The position numbers were made by a program, and so were the translations under genes. From Camelus ferus (Eukaryota): DNA of 64,000 nt. The DNA lies in assembly GCF_009834535.1 (NCBI RefSeq), contig NC_045698.1, positions 11,348,001 through 11,412,000 on the forward strand, written 5' to 3'. Within the stretch, counting starts at the first letter, position 1. Each line of letters begins with the position of its first letter. Positions 24,565-36,826 of this stretch are shown here, in pieces. The notes beneath the pieces were generated by a model. The model saw only the letters and a list, made by a program, of their open reading frames with translations. It ran no database searches and was not told where the DNA came from.

Positions 24565-25463
24565 CTATAAACAGTTTATGTCCATTGGATACAGAAAAAA
24601 AGAATAATTTGATTTCACAAGACAGTCGCTGGCCAACCAGTACTCTTTGGATTTCAACCATTAATGTAACTTTTAATATCAATGAGAAAGGTGTGTTCGA
24701 CTGAAAACAAAATTACGTTTGACAAGCTCTGTTTGTATCTGTATCACCCTGTCCTTCAGAAACTGTGCAATAAATACATGTACACAAACAATATTTACTA
24801 AGAATAGGGTTGGCTTTTTACTTTGTTGTCTTGACTCTAAGTGCTCTATTAGTGATTCTGGAAAGCATTAAATCCTTGGCTTTTTCAAACTTTACCCACA
24901 GTATTATCAACTTGTTTTTAAGTGCATTTCAGTTCCTGCTATTAAGAAAATCCTTGCTCACTCCAAGAGCCAAAGGACATGACTTCTAGATGCAGACTGG
25001 GAAATGAGAGAAGCACTGATTAACCCGATTTATAGCTATAATTTCTGGGTTGGAAAAATCAATGGGTATGGCTGAAGTTTATTTCTGAATATTTAGGAAA
25101 TCTCATCTGCCTCTGTTGCTCAAGATTTCTGAATTGTTGAAACTTCAATTTTACATTTTCCAAAACCCTATAATGTTCCTCAGATGTTCATACCAGACTA
25201 TTGGCTGAAAACAAGTTTGCAAATATAAACTCTGTGCATCTTAGGAAAGGCTCAGCTTAGAAGAAGTTTAATTTTGTAATTGAGTGGGTAAAAGTGGTCC
25301 TGTGTGTACTGTCAAAAAAAAAAAATATGATTGAGAAATATCGAGAGTTCCCATCCAAGAACATCGTCTCTAATTGAAAAATAGGTTAGAGACATTGAAA
25401 ATATGAATGATCAAGCAGGCATAAAAGGTGAATTTCTAAGGGCTGGCTGGCTCTGCTTAGGGG

Positions 25464-25488
25464 TGTGTGTGTGTGTGTGTGTGTGTGT
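25464..25488. repeat. (GT)n microsatellite
   Basis: Read directly. Confidence 0.95.
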
Positions 25489-26927
25489 TTCTTTCTCTCT
25501 GCCCTACAAGTAAAATTCCATCATCTGCCTATCACATGGGAAGGCGCACCAACAAGTAGAAAACTTTCAGCAAATAGCTATACTTCGCCTGGGCAATCAA
25601 GCTTAGGAAGCCTCAATTTGTGATTTAACCAAAAGCAATTTTTTAAAGGGCCTCCAGGAGAAATCTCCTTGGCCCCTTGCCTTCCTTCCTCCATCCAGGT
25701 GAACACTTCCCGTTATATCTGGAAATAACCAGCTGGCCAATACAAACTCTTAGTCAATTAGAACTAGCCAGACATGTGTTATCAACCACTGTATAAGATG
25801 TGATGACTAGTTCCCAGGTTGTTTTGAAGACAACCGTTGGAGTAAACTGAGAAAGCCTGGCATGGAAGTCTGCTGCACTCCAGGGCCTGGGCCAGAAGAG
25901 ACGTGTTGCATCTGTTGAATCAACTGCCTTCTGGTTGTCCGCAGTCGTGGAGGGAGAGGTGAGAAAGAGGAGGTGAACACTCAGCTTCCAGACTCCCCCG
26001 CTAGCTGGTGGCATTCAAAGCATCTAGTTAATGAGAATTTGGCTTAGGATAAGTAAATTGGCATTTCCAGATACACTGAGGATTTCCATAGTTCCGGAAT
26101 GAGTTATGCAGTGTCTAATCCTAGTCACTGATTTGCCTGTTTCTGAAATCTTAAAGGATTTTCCCAAGACTCAGATTTTTCCCCCCACTAAGTCTAGGTG
26201 GTATTTTCAAATATTTCACTCAAATGCATTTCACTTGAAAAATGTAGGCTTCACACATACTATTTAACAATTTCTTGCATCAAGAGGAAGCAAAAAAAGA
26301 GCAATCCTCTCAAAAATAAATAAACAAATAAAGCCTCATGCTTTTATTTTCTATATTTCTTTCTGCCCTCATGTAAAAGGAAATATTTGACCTAGTTTTA
26401 TGATAGCATACCTATACATTTTCAATCAGTGTTAGCTGAAAGCAAATTACCCCTCTTTTCTCTTTTATTTTCATAATCTATTACTTTGTTTGGAAACATT
26501 TGGCCTAATCAGTAATGATGCTTCCAGATGGCAAAACTATCAACAGCAATGGGTTGAAAACAATGAAAAAAGACATCCTGATATTACTTCTCATACACAC
26601 TGAAGCAGATTATTCTCAGCCCACCCTCTCTGCAAGAGAAAGATGGATTTGAATTGGAGCATTCAATCCTAACAGCTTTGTCTTGCTCTGGCTTATGCCA
26701 GGGATGCGCAGTGTAAATCACAAGAAAAGTCTTGAAGCAGCTAAGTGTTGAGAAAATGGACCATTCTTCGGGTATCAACATTGGATGCAGATCATTTAAA
26801 GCCATATGGCGTAGTTTTACTAGCTGTGCTCTTCTTAAGCAGGAGAAAGAAGGGCTTCGAAGATCAAGCCCCCTCAGCGATACAAGGCTGTCCATTTGTG
26901 TGAAGTTGGCCATTTTTAATGACTTAC

Positions 26928-26952
26928 CAACAGCATCTTGTAAAATGTATGA
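26928..26952 (-). other. Candidate 25-nt micro-exon carrying ATG CTG TTG
   Basis: Acceptor tctcttaacttcag|T and consensus donor TTG|gtaagt. ATG at 26936 has A at -3. Confidence 0.3.
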
Positions 26953-27402
26953 CTGAAGTTAAGAGATCAGTTTCCAGTCTACTTTTCCCCTCCTCTCCAG
27001 TGTTTTGATGAACTCAGTGTATTCTTGAGCATTATCTAAAACTAGAAATAACTTTGATGGACAAAAGATAAGAAAGGGAAAAAATTTTTTTAAAGATGTA
27101 CCAAACTTTAAGAAAAACTGCCTAGATTTTTAAATTATCTATAAAGAATTAGGGTCAATAGTTTGAGGAGAAGAAAAATATGAAGATATCTATGTATTTT
27201 TTGGTGGTGGAGATTGTTAGAGGTGGGAAGTGTTCCTTTATGCAGCCGTAGTGCCTACAGAGAATAGGTTAATAGGTATTTCTGCGAACCTCAGAAAGTA
27301 AATCAGCGTGTGGATTTAGGAATCAGGGATAAATGAACAATAGCTGCCTTGTCATTTCAAATCTGAGTCTGACTCCTGCTTCAGAACCCTTTCCTAGAAG
27401 GA

Positions 27403-27406
<4 letters not shown>

Positions 27407-27435
<29 letters not shown>
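27407..27435. repeat. (TG)n microsatellite
   Basis: Read directly. Confidence 0.95.
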
Positions 27436-27437
<2 letters not shown>

Positions 27438-27767
27438 CTTTAAAGGCAAGTTTTGTGGTTAAGAAAAGTTATCATGAGAAAGTGAAATAATGCAAACCCA
27501 CAGAACCCTTTGCCTGGTTCAAGGAGGCCATTAGGAGGAAATTGATGAAAGCTGTGCAGCTCTGAGACCTGGCCGCTTACATTCCTTTACTTTTTTTTTT
27601 TTTTTTTTTTCCGGAATGCTTAAAATTCTTGCTATAGTCCTAGGAGGCTCTTGGACTTCAGACACTAATCCCAAGTAGAGTCCCAGAGTCCGGAAGACAT
27701 CAATTCACTGTGACAAATAGAAAGCTGGATTCTGCTCCTGCCAAAACCCTATGTAGATTTATTTTCT

Positions 27768-27793
27768 CACAACAACAACAACAACAACAACAA
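27768..27793. repeat. (CAA)n microsatellite
   Basis: About 8 ACA units, read directly. Confidence 0.9.
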
Positions 27794-28089
27794 AACCTTT
27801 TACCAGATGCTTTGTGTGGTTGTAATAGAGACACCAGTAACAGACCAAAGTATCAGGGTTTCCCTGCATTCCAGCTCTGACACCCAGTGATGGTGGCCAG
27901 CGACTGAATGCCTCTTCTCTCGTGAGCAAACTCGGAGAGAACGCCCACTGAAGCTCTTGTGAGGATATAAGTAGGTTACACATGTGAACACACTTTGTGC
28001 GCTCGTGGCGCCCCACAGAGCTCGGAGGACTGAAGGACAGGGCTAAACGGGAATGAAGCTTCCTTCAGCCAACAGAGCAACTCCAGCCA

Positions 28090-28165
28090 GCCCCTTTATA
28101 TCACATGTCCATTTTCTACTCACGGCTAATTGACTCCAGTTTTCAAATTAACAGATAAGTCAAAA
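28090..28165 (-). promoter_or_regulatory. Candidate Pol II core promoter (TATA, E-box, homeodomain and GATA motifs)
   Basis: Minus strand reads GGACATGTGATATAAAGGGG: TATAAA at 28100-28095 abuts the E-box CATGTG at 28107-28102. TAATTG and AGATAA lie upstream. Downstream is a relatively CpG-rich, repeat-free stretch of about 270 nt ending at a GT donor (27803). Confidence 0.4.
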
Positions 28166-28861
28166 TGGTTTCCTTTTCTTCCTTTTTTTCTCCCATGACA
28201 TTCTGTTTGGCTTTGTTTGTACCTATTTCACAGTCAAATTATGATAATGATGAGAGAAATAGTAAGAAAGAATTAGGGAATCTAAGAGCCAAGTAGCTGG
28301 CAGAGTGAAACACAGAGATAAGCTCATCTGGGGGTCCCATCTGTCTAAATATCAGTGCCTCCCTCTCTTTAACATCAAAATATTTTGGAAATCACCATAT
28401 GCATTACCCCAAAATCAAATACATGTCAAATGCTTAAAATAGTTAAAAAGTCAGGGAAAAAACATTAAAATACTGTAAGAAAATATAGCTTAATATTTAT
28501 ATAATTTCGAGGAAGGTAAGGACTTTATAAACATGACATCAAGACCAGAATTTACAAAAGCAACCATAATATACATAGTTTCATATCTGTGTAATAGGTA
28601 GATACAGTTATAACATTTTGAAGCTTTTTCATAAGAAATGATTAAGTGAAAATAAAGGTAGAGGAGAAACTGAAAAAAAAATGTAATTGAAACATAAGAT
28701 TACATAACATGGGGTAACATAAGTGGCAGTATCTTCATTTATAAAAGCTTTTAGAAAACCAAAGAAAGAAAATCCTTTAACAGGAAAGGACAAAAAAGAC
28801 TGTTCACCAAAGAAAGGGGAAATACAAGTGATGCCAAAACCTACTTTAAAATGTTTATCTT

Positions 28862-28954
28862 GGGCAGGGAGGGTATAGCTCAGTAGCAGAGCACACGTTT
28901 ACCACGTATAAGGTCCTGGGTTCAATCCCCAGTATGTCTACTGACAACAACAAC
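28862..28954 (+). mobile_element. tRNA-derived SINE (camelid Vic-1-like)
   Basis: A box TAGCTCAGTAG and B box GGTTCAATCCC, (CAA)n tail, perfect 14-bp TSD AAAATGTTTATCTT (28848-28861, 28955-28968) at a TT|AAAA L1-endonuclease site. Confidence 0.9.
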
Positions 28955-29264
28955 AAAATGTTTATCTTTGTCAATTGTTTAAAAAAATGCATTTTAAACA
29001 GCAATGAGACACTCTTAAATTGGCATTGATTAAAAAAAAAAAAAGAAACAGTGCTATTCAATGCTGGTGAGTAAAAGAGAAACAGAACATGGTCACTGTT
29101 GTGCTGCTGGGTAGGGGAGTTGACACTGACCGTCTTCAAGAGCAGCCACTTGGCCACACACATTGAAACCCTCCACAGGTCAGGCCCTTTGGTCCAGCAA
29201 TTCTGCTTCAGGGAAAGTACTAGATGGAAATAATCCTTTGTATATGCAATTATTTGTCTATGGG

Positions 29265-29471
29265 AGTGGTTCCCAATGGAGAATGATTTTGTTGCCCAGG
29301 CAATATTGGCAATGTCTGGAGAAATTTTTGCTTGTTCCAACTTGAGGGGTGGGGTGGGGTGCTGCTGCATTCGGTGGTTGCGGCACATTGGCAACGCACA
29401 GGGAGACCCCCCCAGAAAATAAAGAATTATCCAGCCCAAAGCGTTAATAGGATGGAGGCTGAAAAATCCTG
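29265..29471 (+). mobile_element. MER20 hAT-Charlie MITE
   Basis: AGTGGTTCCCAA...GATTTTG...TTGGCAATGTCTGGAGA...AAAGAATTATCCAGCCCAAA...GAGGCTGAAAAATCCTG. Confidence 0.85.
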
Positions 29472-30724
29472 GCATACATGAATGTTTACTCAAGTGACAA
29501 ATATCCCAAAACAAAGGACTGACTGCAAACATGGTGTTTCTGTGTCATAGACCATTTCACAACAATTAAAATGTTACAGAAATATATCCATTGATACAGA
29601 AAGCTTTTCACAACATATTACATTTCAAAGCCAGTCCCAAAGCAGGGTGACCCCATCTTTGATTAAAGACATAGACTTAATTAAATATACCTCTAGCATG
29701 GTGTTTACAGGGATTGTCTCCATGTGGTTGGGTGTGATTGCAGGTATTTTTTTCATTTATCTTTATAGCCTGATGAACTTGAATTGCTTTTATATTAGGA
29801 AAAATTTAATAAAACTCAGTCTGATGAATATATTTTAAAAGAAAATCATATTATGGACTTACACATGAGTTATAATTTTAGTATCTATTGATTGAGAAAA
29901 CACATGACAAAGAGCTACTATAATTTTATTAAATCTTTAAAATACATGTTTAGTATCAGAATAGATACTAAGACACTGCATGCTTTTGAAATATGCTAAC
30001 GTATGCATTAGCCAACAGATTATTATCTTTCATTGGATTTGTTACAATAATTGTGGTTCCCGTGTAAGCCAGGAGATAGACATTATGAATTGTTGACCAT
30101 CCTATAAAGTGTTTCCAAAGGTGAAGCTACATCGTATACACTTAATAGTTAACTTTCTTAGGCTTTTCCTACTTATGAAATTGAAATATGGTTGTGTCAG
30201 AAAGCAGAAGCTATTATTATCATTCGTATGTTTGTATCATTCTATTAGTGGCAGGCCACATTTTTAAAGCCTGTTAAAAATGAAAACATGAAGTGTGACT
30301 AATGTGGGATCCACACTTAACATGAAATCCAGTCTTATCAAATGATTTCATTATAACCGTTCTGACTGTTTATTAAATGTGAACCATAGACTTGAAAGGG
30401 GACTGTGATAATGAAGTTACTTTTCATCTTAGATGTGATTTTTTTTTCCCTGACTTCCATTGACCATCTTTGAAATAACTTAGTACGTGATGTTGACAAG
30501 ATTCTAAATTTGAAGGAACATTTTTACTTGTACTTAGTCAAAAAATAATTACGCTTTGCAAATGCACTTTGTAACATTATTCCATATTTTTCTTTCTGGA
30601 CTCTGTAGTGTATGTTCTGGAAATGTAACTGGTTTGTTATGACCCCAGTCACTTGTTGAATGTTTATAATATGCTATTATCTCGGAGGTACTGATGACAT
30701 TGAAGTCAGTAGATATTAATTCAT

Positions 30725-30900
30725 ATGTTCACTCATTCTCTGGTTCATTAAATATTTATTTAGCCACTAGTACATGCCAGGGCACTGGGAATATGACAGG
30801 GAACAAATACCCTCTTGGGAATTAAATTCTGTTGAAGACTAGTGTCTGATCATGAGGAGTTCAGTGTCTAGTTGAGGAAGAGTCAGATATGAAAGAAACT
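30725..30900 (-). mobile_element. L2 3' fragment
   Basis: TTCATTAAATATTTATTTAGCCACTAGTACATGCCAGG.CACTGGGAATA...GGAGTTCAGTGTCTAG. Confidence 0.65.
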
Positions 30901-32844
30901 ATTTTGGTAACTCCTGTAACTGAGCTTGGGACAAGGTGCTGTCGGAGCAGAGCAACAAGAGATCTAACCGAACCAAAGACAGGCAAACCTGAGGGAAGTG
31001 TGCCTGGTGCACGTGGTCACCTAGATGGAAAGGTAGCCATTTGCCATGGGGGAAGTGATGGGAAATGGGCCGGCAGTAGAGCTGGGCATCAGCAGTGGCA
31101 TGCTGTGCCCGAGAAGGACTGACCTTTCTCTTTGGAAGATGGAATGTGATAACACAAGAGCCTCAGCATATTAATAAGTGGTATCAGTCATGAGCCACTG
31201 GCTGCCTTAGAAGTGTATCAGTGCAGAGCCAGCGAGATCTGGGAGATTATTTGTCTCAATCATTTGTATTTTAAAGATGGAGGAAAAAACTTAGGTCCAG
31301 AAAGTCACAAAGCAGGTAGGGCAGAGCTGGGAGGCACCTTCAGTCTTCTGCTGGGGCAGGATTCAGCGGCTCTCCTGATTGTCTGGACAGTTTACACCAA
31401 GTTACACACACTGATAAGACATGTGAATACCGCAGCTAATCATCGTTCTGGGATTGTTCATGTCATAGAAAAATGGTTGACCGTGGCATTCCCTTATATG
31501 AGATATTAAAGACAGATTTTACTTTACAATACATTGATTCTATGTTCATTTTCAGACACATCTTTATGGTATAAAACTCATAGTCCATTAATGGTCTGCA
31601 TTTTGGAGATGCAGGAAAATAAGATGAGATGAGAGAGTCCTGGATGGAAGTATTCAGGACCCACCATGTTTTAACTGGATATCTGCTGAGATTTCCCACA
31701 GGTGCATCACCACCTAATAGAACATAGGAATTAAGCTCTTTAACTTTTTGTTGGAGTTTTCAATAAGTGACAAGATGCGAAAACTAAGGGATCAGGCCCT
31801 CTGGACTCAGGAACTTACTATTTTGCAGAGCAAAGATGTCATCCCCATAACCAGATCGAGCCAGGAAGGTAGGGACCAAGGCACCTGCAGGAGTTCACTG
31901 CGAGAATTACTCTCTCTGTTGCAGTAATATGGTGGTGAGATTGGGATGGCGAGAGTGGTAGTAATAAGGATAAACTTAACTTATAACTCATAGATTGTCT
32001 GGATCAATGAGTTTATTGGACAAAAAAATTAACTCCTACATAGCAAAGTATCAAATGAGAAATATTTTAGCAAACCTGAAATAGGCTAGAAATAGCCAGA
32101 GAATGAAGCAGGAAAAATAATCAGTCATTTGTGTTTCCAAGTGACCATGGACAGTTACAAGAATGTTGCATAAAATGGAAAGTGCAAGAGGTAGGGAATG
32201 TGAAAATCATTCATCTTGCCTCTGGACAACCACTTCCCTATCCTGGCTGTTTTGTCCATTGTCTCAGTCAGGTACAGTGTGTGCACATGTGAACAGAAGG
32301 AGTAGTTAAGAAGTAGGATTACGCTGATGTTGGAAGCAATCTGTTTCTTCCATTTCCCTTCCACTGCTTCAGTGTTGCTTTCTGAGTAATCTACAGCATT
32401 AATTTTTTAAGTAGGTAATTTCCTTTTCCCTTTAAAAATAATTGTCTATGACTGTCTTGGTGCCAAAAATATCACAGTTAGCTTTTGGGCAAGAGAATGC
32501 CGTAAACAGGGACTCCACTCTCCCAGAGGTGTTCTTGTGCACGGGCAGGGCCCGGGGCTCTGTGGCTGGGCACCTCGGCTCTTCTGGGTCTGCAGGGAGA
32601 TCTGCCTAAGCCCAGTGTCTGGTCTTCCTGGTTCTTCACAACCTTGAGCTCAGTGAAGTTTGTAACCAAAAGATTTACTAGTTTCAATCCATTGAGTCTC
32701 TTCATTTCTGAAATGTACCATAACTTGCTTCTTTTCCAAGAAATCTCTTAAAAGCGAATCCTAGTTGGAAATTATCTTAAAGATGTTTGAATCACCTTTT
32801 GAAATAAAAGTTATCCAACTTCCTTTAACAAATGTGGGCTCCCA

Positions 32845-33375
32845 GTATTAGTATACCAATACTAATTGCCACATAACGAATTACCCCCAAACTTAGCAGC
32901 TTAATGCAATGCACATTTATTATCTCAGTTTCTGTGGGTAAAGAATTCAGGTGCAGCTTAATTGGGTTTTTAGCTTCAAGGTCTCAAAGTGTCAGCCAGG
33001 GCTGTGGTCGCCTCAAGGACTGGCCAGAAAGAATCTGCTTCTGATCTCAGGTCACTGAGGCAGGGTTCAGTTTCTCGCAAGCTCTTGCGCTGAGTGCTCA
33101 GTTCCTCTCTGCCTGTGGGTCAGCCGTGCTCCTCAGGTCATTGCCGTGGGGGCCTCTCCAGGATGGCAGCTTGCTTCCTCAAAGCCAACAAGAGGGAGAG
33201 TCAGCTCACAAGACGGAAGTCACAGTGCTTTATGACCTACCACTGGAAGTGACGTCACTTCACCTATGGCAGAGTCTATTGGTTAGAAGCACACTTGGGG
33301 GCAGGGAGGCGGGGTTCCCAGAAGCATGAACACGGAGACAGGGATCATCAGGAGCCATCTTACAGCTCTGCACAC
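32845..33375 (-). mobile_element. MLT1 (MaLR) solo LTR, MLT1F/E-like
   Basis: AATTACCCCCAAACTTAGCAGCTTAA...CATTTATTATCTCAGTTTCTGTGGGT..AGAATTCAGG...TCTATTGGTTAGAAGC...GGAGCCATCTTA. Confidence 0.85.
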
Positions 33376-33384
33376 TGCAGCCAC

Positions 33385-33660
33385 TTTCGTCGTGAGCAGT
33401 TCCAGTCTGTGTATTTAATTTACTAAGTAAATTCAAGTTTCTGGATTCATACCTTGACTGGGCTACTGTCACTAGCTCTGTGACCTTGGGTGAATTATTT
33501 AACCTCCCTGAGCCTCACTTTCTTCATCTGTAAATGTAAACCTGTAAAGTGTGGGTTAAAGGAATGCTTCTTTCCTAGAGTTGTTTTGAAGGTTATTCGA
33601 GACACTTCTTGTAAAACAGTTAGCATACTGTTCAGAAAATGAAGTATTGTCAATATCTAG
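33385..33660 (+). mobile_element. MIR SINE
   Basis: ACTAGCTCTGTGACCTTGGGTGAATTATTTAACCTCCCTGAGCCTCACTTTCTTCATCTGTAAA core. Confidence 0.85.
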
Positions 33661-34964
33661 GTTTTCTGGAATGCTGAAAGGGTTTGTAAAAATGTCTCAA
33701 GATAAATTTTAATTTAACATTTTGGTTGAAGCATATCTAAAATGCATAATGTAGAGTCTTCCCAGGTAGTTTATACTAAACAGAATTTTGAGTCTTGATA
33801 CTTTATGATCTTTATGTAAACTCTAATCTTTGTGTTATTAGATTGTGGCATCCTGGGTGGCTTTTGAGGCGTTGGAAGCCATTGCCTCCTTAAATGACCC
33901 CAGACTGCTCTAACTTTTGAAGGCTCATACCTGGTTTTAATTTGATTTTTTTCTCTTGCTTTAATGTTGCTATCAAGTACATTTCACTGTTATCACTGTG
34001 CTGCACGTAGCAGCCCTTCTCTCTTACTTTTTTTTTTTTATACCTTTCATCTGCTATGGGTTTAAAGTGGGGGAGTAGTATGTATTGCTTAAAAGGTAAA
34101 ACAATCCCACGTGTGAATCCGAGCCTTCCCTCTTGCTACCTGTGGACTTTGCTTAACTACAGGTACTTACATCCCTGTGCCACATCAGTAAATGTGTGAG
34201 GATTTTCTAATATGAGAACAAAAGTTTATAAATTTGGGCATATATTTTGAAACAAAATATATTAGCATCTGCAAAAATTTTGGTGAATTCCAGTCACTGA
34301 AGTTTTGTTATGGGATTACATCTAATGACATTTCTGTTTAGTACCAAGGGAATTCCTTGGATGAAAGGAAAATCATGGTAACTGTCTCTTACTACCGCAT
34401 AGGTTACATGGAGTGATTTTCTTTCCCCTGCATCAACATGTTATTGCATCTTGACTTCCATACATTTCTGTTCTAGGGAAGGTGTTAGACATCACTTTTG
34501 AGTTGAAAACACATGGTGTTCAGTTTATCCTCACTAATAACAATTTTAAACCAAAGACTAAGTATTGATGTTTTGTTGCAAGGTGTTTAATAGACATGGA
34601 AAGTGACATTATATGTCACATTGCACAGATCAGAAGCATGGCAATGTGATGTGGGCTCAGGAACTCACTTTGACCACAATATTCTGCTTATGCAAATCAA
34701 CTAGAGTAAATGAAAATACAAGTTATAGAGAGATCTGTTCTTTCATAATTTTCTCATCCCTAAGATTGAATGGCCCCCATTGACTAAGGGATAAGCATAG
34801 TATAGGTGAACAATATTAGCAGATATTAAGGTGTAGAAGAAGTAAGAAAGGAAGAAGAAAGAGGCAGTAGAGAGGCCTACGGAAGCCACAGATTGTGCCT
34901 GTGGTGAGGAGAGATGGGAGCAGGCAGCTCAGGCTCACAGGGGGCTGAGTTATGAATACCAAAG

Positions 34965-35195
34965 TGAATTTTCAATGCAGACCAACTGGATTCAAGCCCT
35001 AGTCTCTCCCTTATCAATGTGTGGGTTTGGACAAGTTATTTAATATCTCTACATTTCGGTTTCCTCTGTGAGATAGGATTAACTGTCACATTCACCCAAC
35101 CAATTTCCTTGAGCATTGAATGAGAGACTGAGAATGTTAATCTTAGCGGGATGCTAGACACAATGTAAGTGTTCTGCATGCTTTGTTGCATCACT
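34965..35195 (+). mobile_element. MIR SINE
   Basis: TGGATTCAAGCCC...TTGGACAAGTTATTTAATATCTCT...GTTTCCTCTGTGA. Confidence 0.7.
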
Positions 35196-35205
35196 GTAAT
35201 CTGGA

Positions 35206-35583
35206 GCAGAAGTTGGCAAACTTTTTCTCCAAGGGATGAAGTAGTAAGTATTTCAAGCTCCTGGTGCCAAGAGAGCAGAGTAAGAATATTATGTAGATAG
35301 TTACACCACAAGAGATAAGACAAATTTCTACAAAATGTTTGATGACAAAATGAAAAATATAATAATGTAATTAAATGAGATTTTAAAAAAAACACGGATC
35401 TACTAGTGGAATTCTTTTGGCAGGAATAGAATGTTCCCTTAATTGGGGCTCAAAAGTGCTGTTTTGCTATCACCAAACTTTTTGCAAATGCTCATCCTTA
35501 AAGACCATTCTTGGCACAAAATTGGGCTGTACAAAAATAGGTAATGGGCAAGATTTGGCTTAGAGCTATAATTTGCTGCCCCA
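35206..35583 (+). mobile_element. MER58B-like hAT-Charlie element
   Basis: CAGAAGTTGGCAAACTTTTTC...AATATTATGTAGATAGTTACA...CTGTACAAAAATAGG...GATTTGGC...TAATTTGCTGCCCC. Confidence 0.8.
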
Positions 35584-36079
35584 AAACAATTGTTCTCAAC
35601 TTTTCTTTTATGGTCTCACCACTGACATGTATCATGGATCACGTTCAGAAATGTAACACACTCGTACGGCCATGACCAAAGGTGGCCTCAGTTTCCAGCA
35701 TAGTTGCTGTAACCATACCCTTTTGTCTGACACACAAAAAAGGCTGTATCATGCACAGACTTCTGTACTGTAGCAGACAAACACATAGCAACAAAATATA
35801 TATAGCAACAAATGACCCACGTAAGCATCACAAGGGATCATGACCAGCCATTTTGTTGTGACACCAGGATCTCTAAATGTTCCCACTCTTTAGAACAGTC
35901 CTCCAAATTTACAGCCTAAAGCCACAATGCACATCTACAAGGGCCTTTCAAAGAAAAAAAAAGAAATTGTAAGGTAGAAGAAGGTTTTTTTGGGTTTTTT
36001 TGTTGTTGTTGTTTTGTTTTTTTGTTTGGATGTGCTGGGGATACTGAAATGGAGACCCAGTTATGTGCCAGTTGCTACA

Positions 36080-36595
36080 TAGTTGCTGACTCCTTCCTGA
36101 GTTTTAGACCTGTACATCCACCCACAGGCTAGGTATCTCGGCCTGGATCACCTACAAGTACCTCAAACTGATGCTGTAAAACTGAACTCGTTACTGAGCC
36201 CCTACTCCTAATAGTTCTTAAATCTGTCCCCTGTGAGCCTTTCTAATTACTATTTTCTTGGCCCAGGCTCTCTCACATGACCAGGCTTAAAATGTGCAGT
36301 GACTCACCATTTTGACTAGGGTTAAGTCAAGGTTCCCTAACATGGTCTTCAGGGCCCACGTATTGGGACCTGAACCTGCGTCTCCAGCTTCCTTTGTGTA
36401 TATCCTAGCATCATTCAGTTCCCTGTCATTCTCTGCACATGCCTGTAGTGTTTCTTACCTCCCTCCTTGCTCCTCCTGTCCCCTTTGCAGATAATCCTCC
36501 CGGTCCCAGGTCTGGATGCCTTATAGCCACCTCCCATCTTTCTGTGACGTCTCCCTTCTCCAGAACTCAGTGGCAGAGTTAGGTTTCACTCCCCT
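36080..36595 (+). mobile_element. L2 LINE fragment (continues at about 37635-37795)
   Basis: CCTGAGTTTTAGACCTGTACATCCA...CCTCAAACT...AAAACTGAACTC...CCTAACATGG. The 3' part resumes after two inserted DNA transposons. Confidence 0.6.
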
Positions 36596-36598
36596 GAA

Positions 36599-36808
36599 CC
36601 GGTTTCCCCCGCTATGCAAAAGTAGCGTATTCCCATGAAACTTTTTGTAAGTCAAAATGGCGTAAAGTGAAGAAGAAATAATTACCTTCATTGATAGAGG
36701 CAAAAATCCTCTTAGGACTTCTTTGGTTGTGGAAAACAGGCATAATGCAGGTCTTTGGTAAAAGTGAAGTGGTGCAAAGTGAACTTTTGAAAAGCAGAGG
36801 TTACCCTT
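36599..36808. mobile_element. TcMar-Tigger-type MITE
   Basis: Imperfect TIRs (CCGGTTTCCCCCGCT / AGCAGAGGTTACCCT) and internal GGCGTAAAGTGAAG / AAAGTGAAGTGGTGCAAAGTGAAC repeats typical of short Tigger elements. Subfamily uncertain. Confidence 0.65.
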
Positions 36809-36826
36809 GTTGCCAACTGAGCCTCA

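Larger units (their letters stand above)
28400..29820 (+). mobile_element. Ancient L1 (L1ME-like) 3' region interrupted by a SINE and a MER20
   Basis: A-rich sense L1 motifs (AAGGACTTTATAAACATGACA, TTCACCAAAGAA, TGCTGGTGAG, CCAGCAATTCTGCTTC). Confidence 0.6.

Noticed and set aside
28862..28935. tRNA-like sequence (also 60305-60380)
   Set aside because: TSD, simple-repeat tail and degenerate stems show a SINE, not a functional tRNA gene.
28855..29532. Longest ORF in the track (225 aa, minus strand)
   Set aside because: It runs antisense through MER20, old L1 and the SINE and has no domain-like content, so it is a chance ORF.
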